Source: Eledone cirrhosa
Lineage: Eukaryota
DNA length: 64,000 bases
Reading direction: 5' to 3'
NCBI GenBank assembly: GCA_964016885.1
Contig: OZ024758.1
Coordinates: forward strand, 31,124,001 to 31,188,000
Below the pieces are notes generated by a model. That model did no database searches. It was given only the letters and a program-made list of their open reading frames with translations, and had not been told where the DNA came from. Each line of letters begins with the position of its first letter. The first letter of the stretch is position 1. Positions 1-13,382 of the stretch are shown here, piece after piece. A program made the position numbers and the translations under genes.

Positions 1-261
1 GTGAGCGTTTATCAAGACCATACACTCAGTTGCCTTCACCGAGGAATTATAGAGGCTGGATTCTTATAGAATTCCAGTAATAATCAGGAGCTGATTAAAC
101 AGAGCGATTGTCGGTATTAGCCGAATCCCGTACAAATAATGCGGAAATTCCTATTTTGTAAATAAATGTTTTGATGTTATTCTGATAGAAAACCCCTTTA
201 GCATTTTCTACTGTTTTTTTTCTTCTTCTTACTATTATATATATATATATAATAGTAATCA

Positions 262-1670
262 GCACATATATTTTTATTGTTTGACCCGAATTACTTGGTC
301 GTTTTGATTTTGGCTGTGCGGATGATATGTTTAACCATCATCTCAGTGTGTTTGGCCCTTAACGTATGTTGTAGCTCTGATTCATATGATTCATCGAGCG
401 CTTGCCACACATATCGGACGTTGATTTTCGTTAATTCCTGAGCTGAAAACGATTCTCGCTATTTTATATTTGTATTAATCTCCAGAGTCTAGCTATTGAG
501 CAGTTAATTTTATTGATTTTTTTCAGTTACATATATTGACTGTTGAATGGCTCTGTTATATTTAACCATTCTGTTGAGAGCTTTAATTCGATTTGTGATA
601 TTTTGCATTCTCGCAATAATACACAACTGAATCATTCGCTTAATAGAGGTGTTACCTCCCTTGCTGAATCCCACGAGGGGTCAGTAATAGCTACACTATC
701 TATAGCATATTGGAGTAAAACCCGTTGAAAACACGACTGCCTTGTTCATCATCTCACCAGAAGCCCAACATTCTTTATGTAGGCGGACAGTACCTGATTT
801 GGAGTCGCAGAAACCAATACTGGATTTTACCATCAGTCCAGGGTCCGGGAAAGTATCAACACATATATTTTTATTGTTTGACCCGAATTACTTGGTCGTT
901 TTGATTTTGGCTGTGCGGATGATATGTTTAACCATCATCTCAGTGTGTTTGGCCCTTAACGTATGTTGTAGCTCTGATTCATAGGATTCATCGAGCGCTT
1001 GCCACACATATCGGACGTTGATTTTCGTTAATTCCTGAGCTGAAAACGATTCTCGCTAATTTATATTTGTATTAATCTCCAGAGTCTAGCTATTGAGCAG
1101 TTAATTTTATTGATTTTTTTCAGTTACATATATTGACTGTTGAATGGCTCTGTTATATTTAACCATTCTGTTGAGAGCTTTAATTCGATTTGTGATATTT
1201 TGCATTCTCGCAATAATACACAACTGAATCATTCGCTTAATAGAGGTGTTACCTCCCTTGCTGAATCCCACGAGGGGTCAGTAATAGCTACACTATCTAT
1301 AGCATATTGGAGCAAAACCCGTTGAAAACACGACTGCCTTGTTCATCATCTCACCAGAAGCCCAACATTCTTTATGTAGGCGGACAGTACCTGATTTGGA
1401 GTCGCAGAAACCAATACTGGATTTTACCATCAGTCCAGGGTCCGGGAAAGTATCAACACATATATTTTTATTGTTTGACCCGAATTACTTGGTCGTTTTG
1501 ATTTTGGCTGTGCGGATGATATGTTTAACCATCATCTCAGTGTGTTTGGCCCTTAACGTATGTTGTAGCTCTGATTCATATGATTCATCGAGCGCTTGCC
1601 ACACATATCGGACGTTGATTTTCGTTAATTCCTGAGCTGAAAACGATTCTCGCTAATTTATATTTGTATT
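262..1670 (+). repeat. Tandem array, 597-bp unit x ~2.4, flanked by TA runs; likely PLE pseudo-LTR derived
   Basis: Identical ORF translations at 543 and 1140 (period 597); units differ by only a few substitutions; divergent homolog at 63.2-63.8 kb. Confidence 0.9.
715..830 (+). ncRNA. Decayed hammerhead (U3-A8 core, 78-nt helix II domain); second copy at 1312-1427
   Basis: GTAAAACCCG-TTGAAAA-C-ACGACT...AGTCGC-A-GAAA-CCAATACTGG-ATTTTAC; the cleavage triplet region appears deleted; homologous layout at 63669-63783. Confidence 0.5.
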
Positions 1671-1709
<39 letters not shown>

Positions 1710-2177
1710 CAATACGCAGTGAATGTAAGGTAATTTAAAAGGATGCATGTATACAAAAAAAAATAGACAATATCAAGATAATTGTTTACGGAATTGGGGT
1801 GAATCATTAGGGAACGATGTGACAACAGAACATTTGAAAGCTTAATAGAAAAGGTGAGTTAATGGAATGTCGAATAATTTCAATTGATATGATGAATAAT
1901 CGGTCTAACGTTTCCGGATCTTGTTTTTCATCAAAGAGGGACAGAGTTATTTACCAAGTTGGAGAAATCGATTTTGTTTTGCATCCCTGAAAATATTCAT
2001 GTTAGTCAAGATATGTTGGTTCATGAGCATAAGGGAGACATTCCTTATCATACTTGTGTACTGCTAATCAACCAAAAGATTGTAGAAACAAAATGTTTCT
2101 CATAATTCCCTTCCATCTCTTTATTACTTCTTCAACCCCATCGTTTATATATTATTGTTTTTTCTATATTTTAGAAT

Positions 2178-2300
2178 TAGGCGGCGATTTGACAGACTTT
2201 TTAGAACTTCGGATAGAGCTCTAATCTCGCTGAGGTTAACTTTTCCTTTCATCCATTCAAGATTGATAAAAAAAAATACCAATCTAGTACTGTGATCGAT
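2178..2300 (+). mobile_element. Old diverged tRNA-SINE (family 1)
   Basis: gaggttaacttttcctttcatcc...gataaa resembles the family-1 core. Confidence 0.5.
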
Positions 2301-3654
2301 TGTTCATCTATATCTCCTTTTCAATTTCATTCCTTCACTTTCTATCCTTCTCTGGAAGAAATCTGCCGTATTTAGAACCAGAAAGTAGATGGGCTCCACC
2401 AGATTTTAAAATTCTCTAGAAACGCTGTATATCAATACGCCCCCCCCCCCCCCATACGTTCCCTCGGGAGTTACGGGTTCAAGATTACATGGTTTAGAAT
2501 TGTTTCTATTTCAATATTATATTTCAATTCATTGTGTCTTAGAAGGATTTAAAATTTTGATTTTAATTTAAATTCAAATCAATAATAATTTGGGTTTAAT
2601 TTCTTGTTATATTTTTAGAAAAGAATATTCACCAACACGGCCATGCACAAGTTGGTTCCACTGTATCTCGCAGCATATACATTGTTGGCTTTTGTATGCA
2701 TGTGGTAATGTAGCAGACAATGATTGATGTTGTCGCTTGTCTTGTTTTATTGTAGGAACACTCGTATATTCAAGTGTACGTAATGTGACCTGTTGTACAT
2801 TCCATTCACAGTAAACGTTAATGCCCTAAGCATTAGTGAACTTTTTCCTACCACTACATTACCTTTAAACCATTTAAAAATTCTCACTATTAATGTCTTG
2901 TATTTAGCAAATGTTTCAAAAGTCATCTATTACTGGCCGCTGGGTACAATCTTAAGAAACGTAATTATGTTATACTATTAGATTGTTGCTAAAAGCAAGC
3001 AATGATGTATAATAACAGTTAAAAGCAAATAATATATTTCATTACAGAAATGCATTAGTTATGAAGATGAATATTTTCAATTTTGCTTTTTGCATAGAAT
3101 ATATAGTCCGCCTTTAAGAACACATAAAGACACAAAATGAATCTTGTATAGTGTTGTAAATATCAATGTATTCTATAGCATGCAGTACTATATAGACGTT
3201 GGCACATTATATAAATTAACAAACATAGATTTAGGCACTCTTCGGAACACGTTCACATTTTATATTGGTTTCTTGTTTGAGATGAAACGGAATGACGTGA
3301 TGTAATGCTTTCCTGAAGATTAGTCCTTGAAACTACATTATCTTTTTGTCGAATCTTATTTCTTGTCCCCCGGAACCTTTTACAGATATTAATACAAACT
3401 GCAAAGTGACATAATTTGGTATTAATCCCATTCAGTTAAATCCGTGAAAGGATATCTTTTGCCAGATATCTTTATATCCTAATGCCCCTTGACAAAATAT
3501 GTGGACATCAAAGACTACTATTCCCTGTCTTTCTAAATGGTAAAATCCTTGTGGTAAATGAAACAATATGTTAAATGGAAATTAACATAAAATAGAGGTA
3601 TTCTTATAGGAAGGTGAGTTTATGATAGGCTGGAATAGTGATTGTTAGCCTTTT

Positions 3655-4285
3655 ACATCACTTATATCACTTATCTTCTTCGCCCATTTATTCCTGAGAG
3701 GGTCGTGGAGGCAAAGTCCTCAGACACTCCTTCCATCGGATCCTCTCAGAAGCAACTGTCTCCAATTGATCCGGCTGGATCCCCAAGCGTGACCAGCCAA
3801 GTTCATGGATGTTATCCAATCATCTTTCTCGGGTTTACCCCTGGGTTTCCTTGTGGTTGGTTTTGCCCGTAAGATCTGTCCAACGATTCTTTACTGAGAC
3901 ATTCTAACAACATGTCCATAGTATCGGAGTTGTGATCTCTCAAATCGGAGAAGTAGCGGCTCTACCTGGAGTGACTCTCTCATCTCCGAGTTACGCACTT
4001 TATCGAGTAATGTTACTCCAAAGACCCTTCGGAGGAATCGCATTTCGGCCGCTTGTATTCGCGATCGTATGTTTTCGGTCATTACTTAAGATTCCTAACC
4101 ATAGGTAAGGGCTGGCACGAAAACCGAATTGAAGATAGTGAGTTTGGTTTTTACACCTACCTCCCTTCTTCTGAATATTCAATGCTGAAGCTGGCGCATT
4201 ATTGTACCAGCTTTTGCAATTATTGCACTTAATTCAGCCTCCAGCCTTCCATCACTCATGAACACAGCCACGAGATATTTGAATT
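3655..4285 (-). mobile_element. RTE-clade LINE 3' fragment
   Basis: ORF 3891-4082 RIQAAEMRFLRR...DKVRNSEMRESL...QLRYYGHVVRM is the typical RTE post-RT region; short tandem tail ataagtgat. Confidence 0.85.
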
Positions 4286-5114
4286 TATATATGATTTATA
4301 TACAAATTAAATTGAATTATGTAACACTCATTATATCTTTAATCTAACAATTCAGATAATTCGGGACTACAATAGATATTATCGATTACAAAGAAAGAGA
4401 AAAGCAAAAACTACAGTCGTTGTCGAATTGCCTAGTTTTTAAAATCATGTCAGTTGTTTCTGTTGCAGCCATAATTAAAACTGTAACTATAAATTGACAT
4501 TACTAAAATTCGTGGTAGACTAATGCGGAACTTAAATCTTCTCTCCTGGCTGTAGATATTTCTACCTGTAATTCATGGGATTATATTCTATATAACCTAG
4601 GATTTGCGTAAAAGACTGGAAGTCCTGAGGTTTTACAAGAACGAAGAAAGCAAACTGACTCGCATCCTACACTTTCAATCGCTTAGTAGTGCAGTGGGGC
4701 TTTTCAATATATCCCAAACACTTCATTTGAGTTTTCCCGAACTAACATATGCACACAATTTCATGCATTCGTATTCCATACATACATAAAGAGTAACCAT
4801 ACACGCGCGTACACACACACACACACACACAATCACAAACATACGCACACGCACACACACAATCCCTCGTGAGCTAAATCAACTTGCACACTCATCTCAT
4901 AAGCGCAAGCACCCACATACATGTAAACCCTACCTTATTTACATATTTATAAATGTTTTGACTCAAATTAAAAAGTCTGGTCACATTGTAATTGACTGGG
5001 TCGAATTACGTGAACACGTTAAATATATCTCGTAGAAAACATAAATACAGGCAGACAAACAAACGGATATAAAGCCCTTAAAAGAGAATAATGGAGAAAG
5101 GCAAACACATATAG

Positions 5115-5612
5115 AGATGGGGAGAAGGGGCTATAGGGGGAGAGGGGAAGTGCTAGGGGCGGGAGAGGGGGTGCTGGGGGCGGGAGGGGTGTGTGGAGAG
5201 GGGGAGGGGGATGTGCTGGGGGCGAGAGAGAGAGAGAGGTGGAGAGGGGATGTGCTGGAGGCGAGAGAGAGGGAAAGGTGGGGGAATATGGGAGAGGGGA
5301 GGTGGGGAGAGAAGGGGAGGGGAGAGGGGATGTGTTGCGTGCGAGAGAGAGAGGGAGAGGGGGTGATGGGGAGAGGGCGAGATGGGAAAGAGGGGAGGGG
5401 GGGATGTGCTGGGGGCGAGAGATAGGGAGAGGTGGGGAGGGGGAGATAGGGAGAGGGGGAGTGCTGGGGGCGAGAGAGAGGGAGAGGTGGGGAGGGGGAG
5501 ATAGGGAGAGGGGGAGTGCTGGGGGCGAGAGAGAGGGAGAGGGGGAGAAGGGATGTGCTGGGGCGAGAGAGAGGGAGAGGGGGAGAGGGGGAGATAGGGA
5601 GAGGGAGAGGGA
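5115..5612. repeat. Purine-rich minisatellite (gtgctgggggcgagagagaggg...)
   Basis: Imperfect G/A-rich repeats seen directly. Confidence 0.9.
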
Positions 5613-7146
5613 TTCGAACAGAGACAAACATAAGCCGGAGGAGTCAAAAGAACAGAGAGATAAAGTAGAGTAACACACACTCTTCATGATATATCTTGAT
5701 GATTAATTTGATAAATTGATATCAAGTAAATATTTTAAAAAGATCAATTATTGCACAGCCATATTATTGGCCGTATGACAGACATAACTCTTTGCACAGT
5801 CATCATATAGCAACTCATAGAGATTGTGTACATTGATTGTAATAACGAATAGGGAAACAATAGAGAGGTCAGATCATTGCCTTATTGCAGGAATCATGTT
5901 TGACCAATACAATCCAGGGCCTTCTCGCTTCTGTGGGGGGGGGGGGGACATCTCCCTGGTTGACCTCTACCGTTTTCTATTTGATTTTGATCATGTCAGG
6001 AATGTAGTCGTACTCAACATGCTGAGCCAGTTGGTGAGGCTATTTAATCCATACTTGGGGTGGATGGCCGTTGACTCTGAAGAGTTGATCCACCCTTTTA
6101 ACAGCTCTTGTTCTTTTTTTTTTGTGCTGCTGGGATTCAACTTACGCTCCTCTCCAGATCAGAGCCTCGCGGGGGAGCCTGTTTAGTCGCCGACCACGAA
6201 GCAGGTTGTACAGGGTTGCATGGTACCAGTAGTAAGCCTGACTTGGTCTATAAACCTTTTAGTACCAAAAGCGAATTGGAAATGCATAAGAAACTATAGG
6301 TTTCGGCTTAAGTTAAATTACTGTTTGAGCTTTAACCCGTTTTATTGAGGTTTCACCCGTTTTATTGTCTAAGCAGTTTGTTTAAATTTTTAATACGGGT
6401 GAATATTTTCCTTGCTTAGTATATCTAGTTTGGTTATCACATATTCAAAATCACACTGGAATGTAAATTGTATTCATACAATCGAAACTTAATTGAGCTT
6501 CCATTTATTCAGAATCGATAATGTAGGTAGCAATATTCAGTTATAGTCGGTGGATTGCTTCTCAGCAACTGACGTTTTTTTCGTAGGTTAACAGACCAAG
6601 TACAATAGTGGGGACTTCTCTTTCAGCATATTATTTAGTATTACATTGTTTCTCAAAGAGGGTCGTAAATCCACCTTTAGAGCGTCAGAGAGGAGTGAGC
6701 GTTAACGTGAATTAGAGGCGAGATTACATAAATGTTGATTATAGATTTTTGAAACGTTACAATAGATTTTCTCCAAAAGTTAACTGCACAAATAGTTTTC
6801 AGTTATTTTTAGAATATCGTCAATACATTATAGAAAATATGTTCGTAAAATTCAATTTAAAATATCCTTTCCATATCCTATCAAATATTTCTATTTCTTA
6901 GAAAACTTCATGAAATAAAAATATTCTCAGTATATTAAGTTCAATCTACAATTTAATCATTCTATCATTTTCCCTCAAGCAGCATACTTATCTTGTTTAA
7001 GGTTGTTAAGAACTGGTGTCATCATGCAGTTGGCACGAAAGTCATTCGTAAATATAAGAAATAAGTTAGTAGAAAGGAATACGATGTAATAATGTTTTTG
7101 CAGTAATTTATTAAAGGACTACGTTTTAATTAATTTTATGAATAAT

Positions 7147-7342
7147 AATTGTTTCTACTTTAGGCACAAGGCCAGCGATTTGAAGTGGGGGGGGGGGGGG
7201 GGAGTGGATTAAATCGACCCCAGTGCTTAATTCTATGTTAAAATAATGGTTTCTGACTCAGGCCCAAAGCCAACAAAGTTGGGGAAGGGGAAAGTGGATT
7301 AAATCGATTCCAGTTCATTACTGGTTCTTTATTTTATCGACC
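7147..7342 (-). mobile_element. Two partial family-1 SINE 3' ends
   Basis: aattgtttctactttaggcacaaggccagc and ctggttctttattttatcgacc motifs. Confidence 0.7.
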
Positions 7343-7399
7343 ACGTGATTGCGGGCTTCAGGACTAAACGAAGAGTCAGAAGGATTCATACTAAACTAT

Positions 7400-8280
7400 G
7401 AAGCTCGCCTTTTAGAAAACATTGCAAACCTAAAATTACTAACATGATGAAAGAATATAACATCTTATTTCAAGCTGTCCGGTACTTATATGAAAGGGGT
7501 ATAAAAACCACCATGACAGAGTAGGCCAATACTTATACTGAAAGCTATGCAATCATTACGGAATAAAAACAGTCATCAGCTGGTATGGACACCACCAAGT
7601 GTCAATCCTGGAAATTGATAGTATAAAATTCCTTTGGGAAATTCCAGTTAGTACACAGATAATTCAAATGAACAGACTATCATCAAGGATAGGAGAGCTA
7701 AAAAAAGATCTAATGCCTGTCTTAAGCCCGAAGGTTCGTTGGGACGGTGCTTATTCCGATGAAGCCACTGAGAGTACAAGAATGCCCCCGGACAGGACGC
7801 CAGTCCATCGCAGGTTTGAACCCCAGCTGGTACTCATTTTCAGTATACTTAAGCAAGGTGAAATGATGTTTTTTGCTCAAGAACACAACACGCAACCTAG
7901 CCCAGGAATCGGACACACGACAGTATGATCGTAAGTCCAACACCCTTACCACTAGGTCACGCGCCTCCAGAGACTGGAGAGCTCAAATATGCAGTTTAAT
8001 TGATATGAGTAAAACATCATATAGTATAACAGTAAAATAGTTTAAAAAGCTAAGCAATTACAAAGACGTAGAGATAGAGATTGAAAATATGAGGCATCTT
8101 GTATCAAAAACAGTCCTAGTTATCATCGAGGCCTTAAGAATGATAAAGCAAGGATGTAGAACCCTGTTAGCAATATCGAATGTGAACCATCTCTTCAGAA
8201 ATGTCAAACCTTTATATAGTCTAGCAGTACACACATACTACAAAGAGCCATTTCAATCTAAATATGAATCACAGTATCTG
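7400..8280 (+). pseudogene. Decayed R4/Dong-like LINE C-terminus (post-zinc-knuckle + restriction-like endonuclease), interrupted by a SINE
   Basis: Hand translation gives HLISSCPVL, HDRVGQYLY*KLCNHY, IKFLWEIP and YKDVEIEIENMRHL..TVLVIIEAL; stops and frameshifts present. Confidence 0.65.
7725..7968 (-). mobile_element. tRNA-derived SINE (family 2)
   Basis: Minus strand head ggaggcgcgtgacctagtggtaag with degenerate B box, then cttgagcaa and cctgcgatggactggcgtcc body. Confidence 0.75.
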
Positions 8281-8433
8281 TAAGTTAGTGTGATATACCG
8301 TGAAAGTGGATATAAAGTATAATTCAGATTAATTAGATTAGGTAGAAGAGTCTACCTAATCTAATTAATCTGAATTATACTTTATATCTATCCAACACTT
8401 CATATACATCTAACACCAATTTTATATATATGA

Positions 8434-8477
<44 letters not shown>

Positions 8478-8627
8478 AAAAACATATATTTCTTTCTGTA
8501 AATGAAGTATTTTATGGCACCCACTCTAAGAAGCATTGGACCTCTAGCAAAGGAGATGCTGCTTTATATATCACCCAGGGCTTCGTAGATCTGCTCACCC
8601 AGGGCTATTCTGAGGGTAAACTATAAC

Positions 8628-8847
8628 GATTTCTAGTATAGGCACAAGGCCAGTAATTTGGGGGTGGGAGTAGAAAGTCGATTAAATCGACCCCACTACG
8701 TTACTGGTGCTTTATTTTATCGACCCCTTAAGGATGAAAAGCAAAGTTAACCTCGGCGGGATTTGAACTCATACCGCAAAGGGCTGTAACCCTATGCTGC
8801 AAGGCAAGGTGTCCGACTCTCTACCGATACTGCCAATCCACCGCCCT
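8628..8847 (-). mobile_element. Full-length tRNA-SINE (family 1) with 15-bp TSD
   Basis: A box TGGCAGTATCGG and B box GTTCAAATCC on the minus strand; agggtaaactataac at 8613-8627 and 8848-8862. Confidence 0.92.
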
Positions 8848-9152
8848 AGGGTAAACTATAACAACAATAACAGTTATAAACGTATGATGTGAGCAATCTT
8901 CTTCCTACGATTCTATAAAGCTAACCACCATATAACTGAAGAAGTTCTTCTTCAGTTTAAGATACGAATTGCACAATTTCTGTAATGTTTATAACGTTTG
9001 TTAATAGGACAGTTTGATCGAAACTTTTCAGCACACATTTCTGTCTGTGAGTTTGCATCTGGTGGGAAACAAGCTTATTAGATAAGATGTTCCGAAGCTT
9101 ATATCTTTAACAATATCAAACAGTTAATACCTCCATTGATTGAAACAATAAT

Positions 9153-9338
9153 TGTTTCTACTTTAGGCACAAGGCCAGCAATTACCCAGTGCATTACTGG
9201 TACTTTATTTTATCGACCCCGTAAGGATGAAAGGCAAAGTCAACCTCGGCGGGATTTGAACTCAGATCGTAAAGGGACGTAACTATGCTGGAAAGCATGG
9301 CGTCCGACCCTCTACCGATACTGCCAATCCACCGCCAT
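9153..9338 (-). mobile_element. Full-length tRNA-SINE (family 1) with 17-bp TSD
   Basis: Same A/B boxes; ttgattgaaacaataat at 9136-9152 and 9339-9355. Confidence 0.92.
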
Positions 9339-10843
9339 TTGATTGAAACAATAATCCAAAGATGTGGGTATATTTAAATTCAACATTTCTAGATTATGAA
9401 GCATGCGTCGGTCATATATTCTATATAGTGTTGGATTCCACATGATATTCATTTATGGCTAGATAAACTGAGCCATTGATTATTTCTGGAGAAGATGAGG
9501 CCCCAACTACATACCTTCAAGTGACATTCTAACGGCCCACTCGTTACCAGTGACTAAATGTGAACTTTAGGCCAATGAACTTTTTCTGTCTGATGATAAA
9601 TAACTTGACTAAAATTAATTACTCTCACAAAACATGTTTGTTTCTTCAGTATTAGAGGAACTATAAGAGAAATACTGTATAATAGTTAAATTATTAATCA
9701 TCAAGATTGCTGATGAAAAAACATTGGCTAAATGCACACATTTAAGATTAATTGGAATTTCAGTTCGGATTTGTGATTTGGTAGAAAAATCTTCTATGGC
9801 TACAAGCTATTAATATTACATTAATATTGCGTTAATATTCTATAACCAAATACAGGAGACGGTTAGACAGTGATGCGCCGGACTAAATTCATTGCAGTAT
9901 TTAATTTCTTTCTATACAATTTTTATGTTCAATTCTTGCTAAAGCTGGGATTATGGGTTAAATGGGATAAGAGCTAATTGTTTTGTTGTTTTGTGTGTGT
10001 GTGTGTCGTTTAATTTAGACCCCAGTAAACACTGATCTGGAAGCTCCTTGATCCAAAGCGTTCTAGCCAATAACCGTCCAGTCCTTTTTTTATATTCCGG
10101 ACTATATTATCTGTCCAATGCATTAAAGCAGAAGTGTGTGATTCTAGAAAGATTTAACTGCTATTTCTAGCAGGTCTAGCAGCAGTGTAGACGTTTCTTA
10201 CTTAGCAGAATAAATAAGAGTTAAGTATGAAGGTTGAATCAATCATTCTACCGACACTTAAATAAACTTTAAATAAACTTTAATTAAACTCTGGCTGTTC
10301 AAAATACACCAACATGCCAACAACCTCTGGAAATATGAGTGCAAACAGCCAACATTCTTTTTATTCCAACTTCAAGTCAAATCACATCCTTTAGGAACGA
10401 CATTAAACATTACAGACCAGCCAAACTCACTTTAACTGAACCCTTATACGGCGGTCAGTTAAAGGTTCATAGGGTGACCAAGATACTCTCATGGAATGAC
10501 CAAATGAGGTTTATTTTTCAACATAGTCCCTGGAAAGAAGCAATGCAATTATAAATAAGACGAGTGGAAATTAATGCATGCAAGATTTCACAGCTCTAGT
10601 ATTACTCCTTCACAGTCAGTCTACGAACTTTTCAGCCTATCCTCGTAAACTCTTAGTTTCTTTACATTACACCCTTCTTCCATATGATCGGTTTCTATAT
10701 TAATGTAATATTACCTTATTTATTCATTGAACCCTAATAGACCCACCATTAATATAGACACATCCCTTTCTTTCTTGCCCTTTTACATATAGACATCTTC
10801 TCATACTTGCGTCCGTGTACATATGGGATGCATCTTATAACCC

Positions 10844-11029
10844 AGGTATAAAAGCATATACTCATACCCTTATACTCAAGTATAAAAGCGTATACTCATA
10901 CCTTTATACTCAGGCATAAAGCATATACTCATACCCCTATACTCACATATAAAAGCATATACTCATACCCTTATACTCAAGTATAAAAGCATGTACTCAT
11001 ACTCCTATACTCAGGTATAAAAGCGTATA
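10844..11029. repeat. Minisatellite, ~32-bp unit x ~6
   Basis: gtataaaagcatatactcatacccttatactca repeated. Confidence 0.9.
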
Positions 11030-11110
11030 TTATTTTACACAGGTCAGTCTACAATTGCAAATGTAAGTAAGTCTGTGGATGCGTTTGTACATGTATATAT
11101 ATATAAATGA

Positions 11111-11275
11111 CTTCTACAGGACTAGAACTGTTTCATTTGAAGGAAATCATTAGGAAATCCTTGAAACAGTTCTAGTCCTGTAGAAGCCATTACTATATTA
11201 AATGTTTGTATATACATTACTAATGTATTGAGTACTTTCTTATAGTGGTTACCCCCGATTGAACCTGGGACTCAT
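11111..11275. mobile_element. Small fold-back element with decayed HHR (same family as 22497-22698)
   Basis: 25-bp inverted arms 11111-11135/11162-11186; minus strand CTAATGA...GAAACAGTTCTAGTCCTGTAGAA; tail similar to the reverse complement of 22497-22570. Confidence 0.7.
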
Positions 11276-11614
11276 ACATATATTATATGTGTGTGGCAAG
11301 TGTGCATACGTGCGTGTGTGTGTATATGTGCGGGTGTGTGTGTGCGTGTGTGCACGTGTGCGAGCGTGTGTGTGTGTTACCAGAAATACCCATTTCTTCC
11401 GTTCTTTCATGCTAAGTATATTCTAACAGATTTCTATGAGACTCGTTATTTATCGTTCCGTGCACATCCACCTGGCTTTCGTGCAGGCAACTATAAACAA
11501 AGATGGCCGACGTTATATATATATGACAGTCGATCGACTTTCGTCAAATCGGACCGAGGAAACAATGTTTCCATCGCTCTTTCCAATTGCTAATACTATC
11601 TATCGGTCGCAACT

Positions 11615-11745
11615 CCAGGTAGAAGGAGCGACATGAAATAAAGTGTTTTGCTCAAGGACATAACGCAACGCCTGGTCCAGGAATCGAACTCACAACCTCA
11701 AGATTGCGAATCCAATTCGCTAACCACTCAGCCACGCTCCTTCAC
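11615..11745 (-). mobile_element. tRNA-SINE 5' part (family 3-like)
   Basis: Minus strand gtggctgagtggttag...gagttcgattcc, then ccttgagcaaaacactttatttca. Confidence 0.75.
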
Positions 11746-11763
11746 CATATATGTATATATACA

Positions 11764-11909
<146 letters not shown>

Positions 11910-11920
11910 CAAGATAGGTA

Positions 11921-11965
11921 AATATTGCTGATGAGATGTAACAACATCGAAACTAGTTCAATATT
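11921..11965 (+). ncRNA. Minimal type I hammerhead ribozyme
   Basis: AATATTG-CTGATGA-GATGT(AACA)ACATC-GAAA-CTAG-TT/CAATATT: 7-bp helix I, 5-bp helix II, palindromic helix III ACTAGT. Confidence 0.92.
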
Positions 11966-12386
11966 CCTTGTCTGGCTTTCTGGAGAATAGAGGAAAGGTG
12001 TTTCCTCAAAAACCAGTATGACTCTAAAAACCGGTTTGTCTGTGTGTTTACATACAGAATAGCTGGACACTCACAGTAAAGTGACCAGTGAAAAACTCGG
12101 TACATCTACATATGTATACGTGTGTGTATTCATATGCATACTAGTATTTCAGTATACATATGTGGATGTACATTTTTAACTTAATTGTTTAAGCGTCAGT
12201 CATACAAAAGTGAGTTACAAACGAAACGAAATTTAATTTCGTTTCGTTATTTGTTTTTATCGTCTCCGTTGAACCGGTACGTACTCATGCTCTATGCAAA
12301 TTAGTCTGCCCACTACTAATTTTCATAGAAAAAGCATATAACGATATGTGCTTTTACGATTCTCTAGAGAGGCCGGAAGATAGGTA

Positions 12387-12431
12387 AATATTGCTGATGA
12401 GATGTAACAACATCGAAACTAGTTCAATATT
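12387..12431 (+). ncRNA. Minimal type I hammerhead ribozyme (copy 2)
   Basis: Identical to 11921-11965. Confidence 0.92.
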
Positions 12432-12852
12432 CCTTGTCTGGCTTTCTGGAGAATAGAGGAAAGGTGTTTCCTCAAAAACCAGTATGACTCTAAAAACCGG
12501 TTTGTCTGTGTGTTTACATACAGAATAGCTGGACACTCACAGTAAAGTGACCAGTGAAAAACTCGGTACATCTACATATGTATACGTGTGTGTATTCATA
12601 TGCATACTAGTATTTCAGTATACATATGTGGATGTACATTTTTAACTTAATTGTTTAAGCGTCAGTCATACAAAAGTGAGTTACAAACGAAACGAAATTT
12701 AATTTCGTTTCGTTATTTGTTTTTATCGTCTCCGTTGAACCGGTACGTACTCATGCTCTGTGCAAATTAGTCTGCCCACTACTAATTTTCATAGAAAAAG
12801 CATATAACGATATGTGCTTTTACGATTCTCTAGAGAGGCCGGAAGATAGGTA

Positions 12853-12897
12853 AATATTGCTGATGAGATGTAACAACATCGAAACTAGTTCAATATT
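12853..12897 (+). ncRNA. Minimal type I hammerhead ribozyme (copy 3)
   Basis: Identical to 11921-11965. Confidence 0.92.
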
Positions 12898-13112
12898 CCT
12901 TGTCTGGCTTTCTGGCGAATAGAGGAAAGGTGTTTCCTCAAAAACCAGTATGACTCTAAAAACCGGTTTGTCTGTGTGTTTACATACAGAATAGCTGGAC
13001 ACTCACAGTAAAGTGACCAGTGAAAAACTCGGTACATCTACATATGTATACGTGTGTGTATTCATATGCATACTAGTATTTCAGTATACATATGTGGATG
13101 TACATTTTTAAC

Positions 13113-13178
<66 letters not shown>

Positions 13179-13283
13179 AATATATATATATATATATCCA
13201 ATATATATATATATATATATCCAATATATATATATATATATCCAATATATATATATATATATATCCAATATATATATATATAT

Positions 13284-13314
<31 letters not shown>

Positions 13315-13382
13315 CCAATATATATATATATATATATATATACGATATTAACAAATGGAAACTATAGTTATAAAACCATATT

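Larger units (their letters stand above)
11911..13118 (+). mobile_element. Retrozyme-like tandem array: 466-bp unit x 2.6, one HHR per unit, between (TA)n runs
   Basis: Period 466 (ORFs at 12354/12820); near-identical units; no credible ORF. Confidence 0.88.

Noticed and set aside
1902-1940. Minus-strand TTGATGA...GAAACGTT motif
   Set aside because: Uncompensated core change and no helix II; at best a very decayed remnant.
3300-3345. CTGAAGA-TTAGTCCTT-GAAA
   Set aside because: No helix II or helix I pairing; likely chance.
5019-5687. Pro/Ser/Leu- and Gly/Glu/Arg-rich ORFs
   Set aside because: Low-complexity purine minisatellite.
10844-11029. ~32-bp periodic repeat resembling a CRISPR array
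   Set aside because: Units abut with no unique spacers, there are no cas genes, and the context is eukaryotic.
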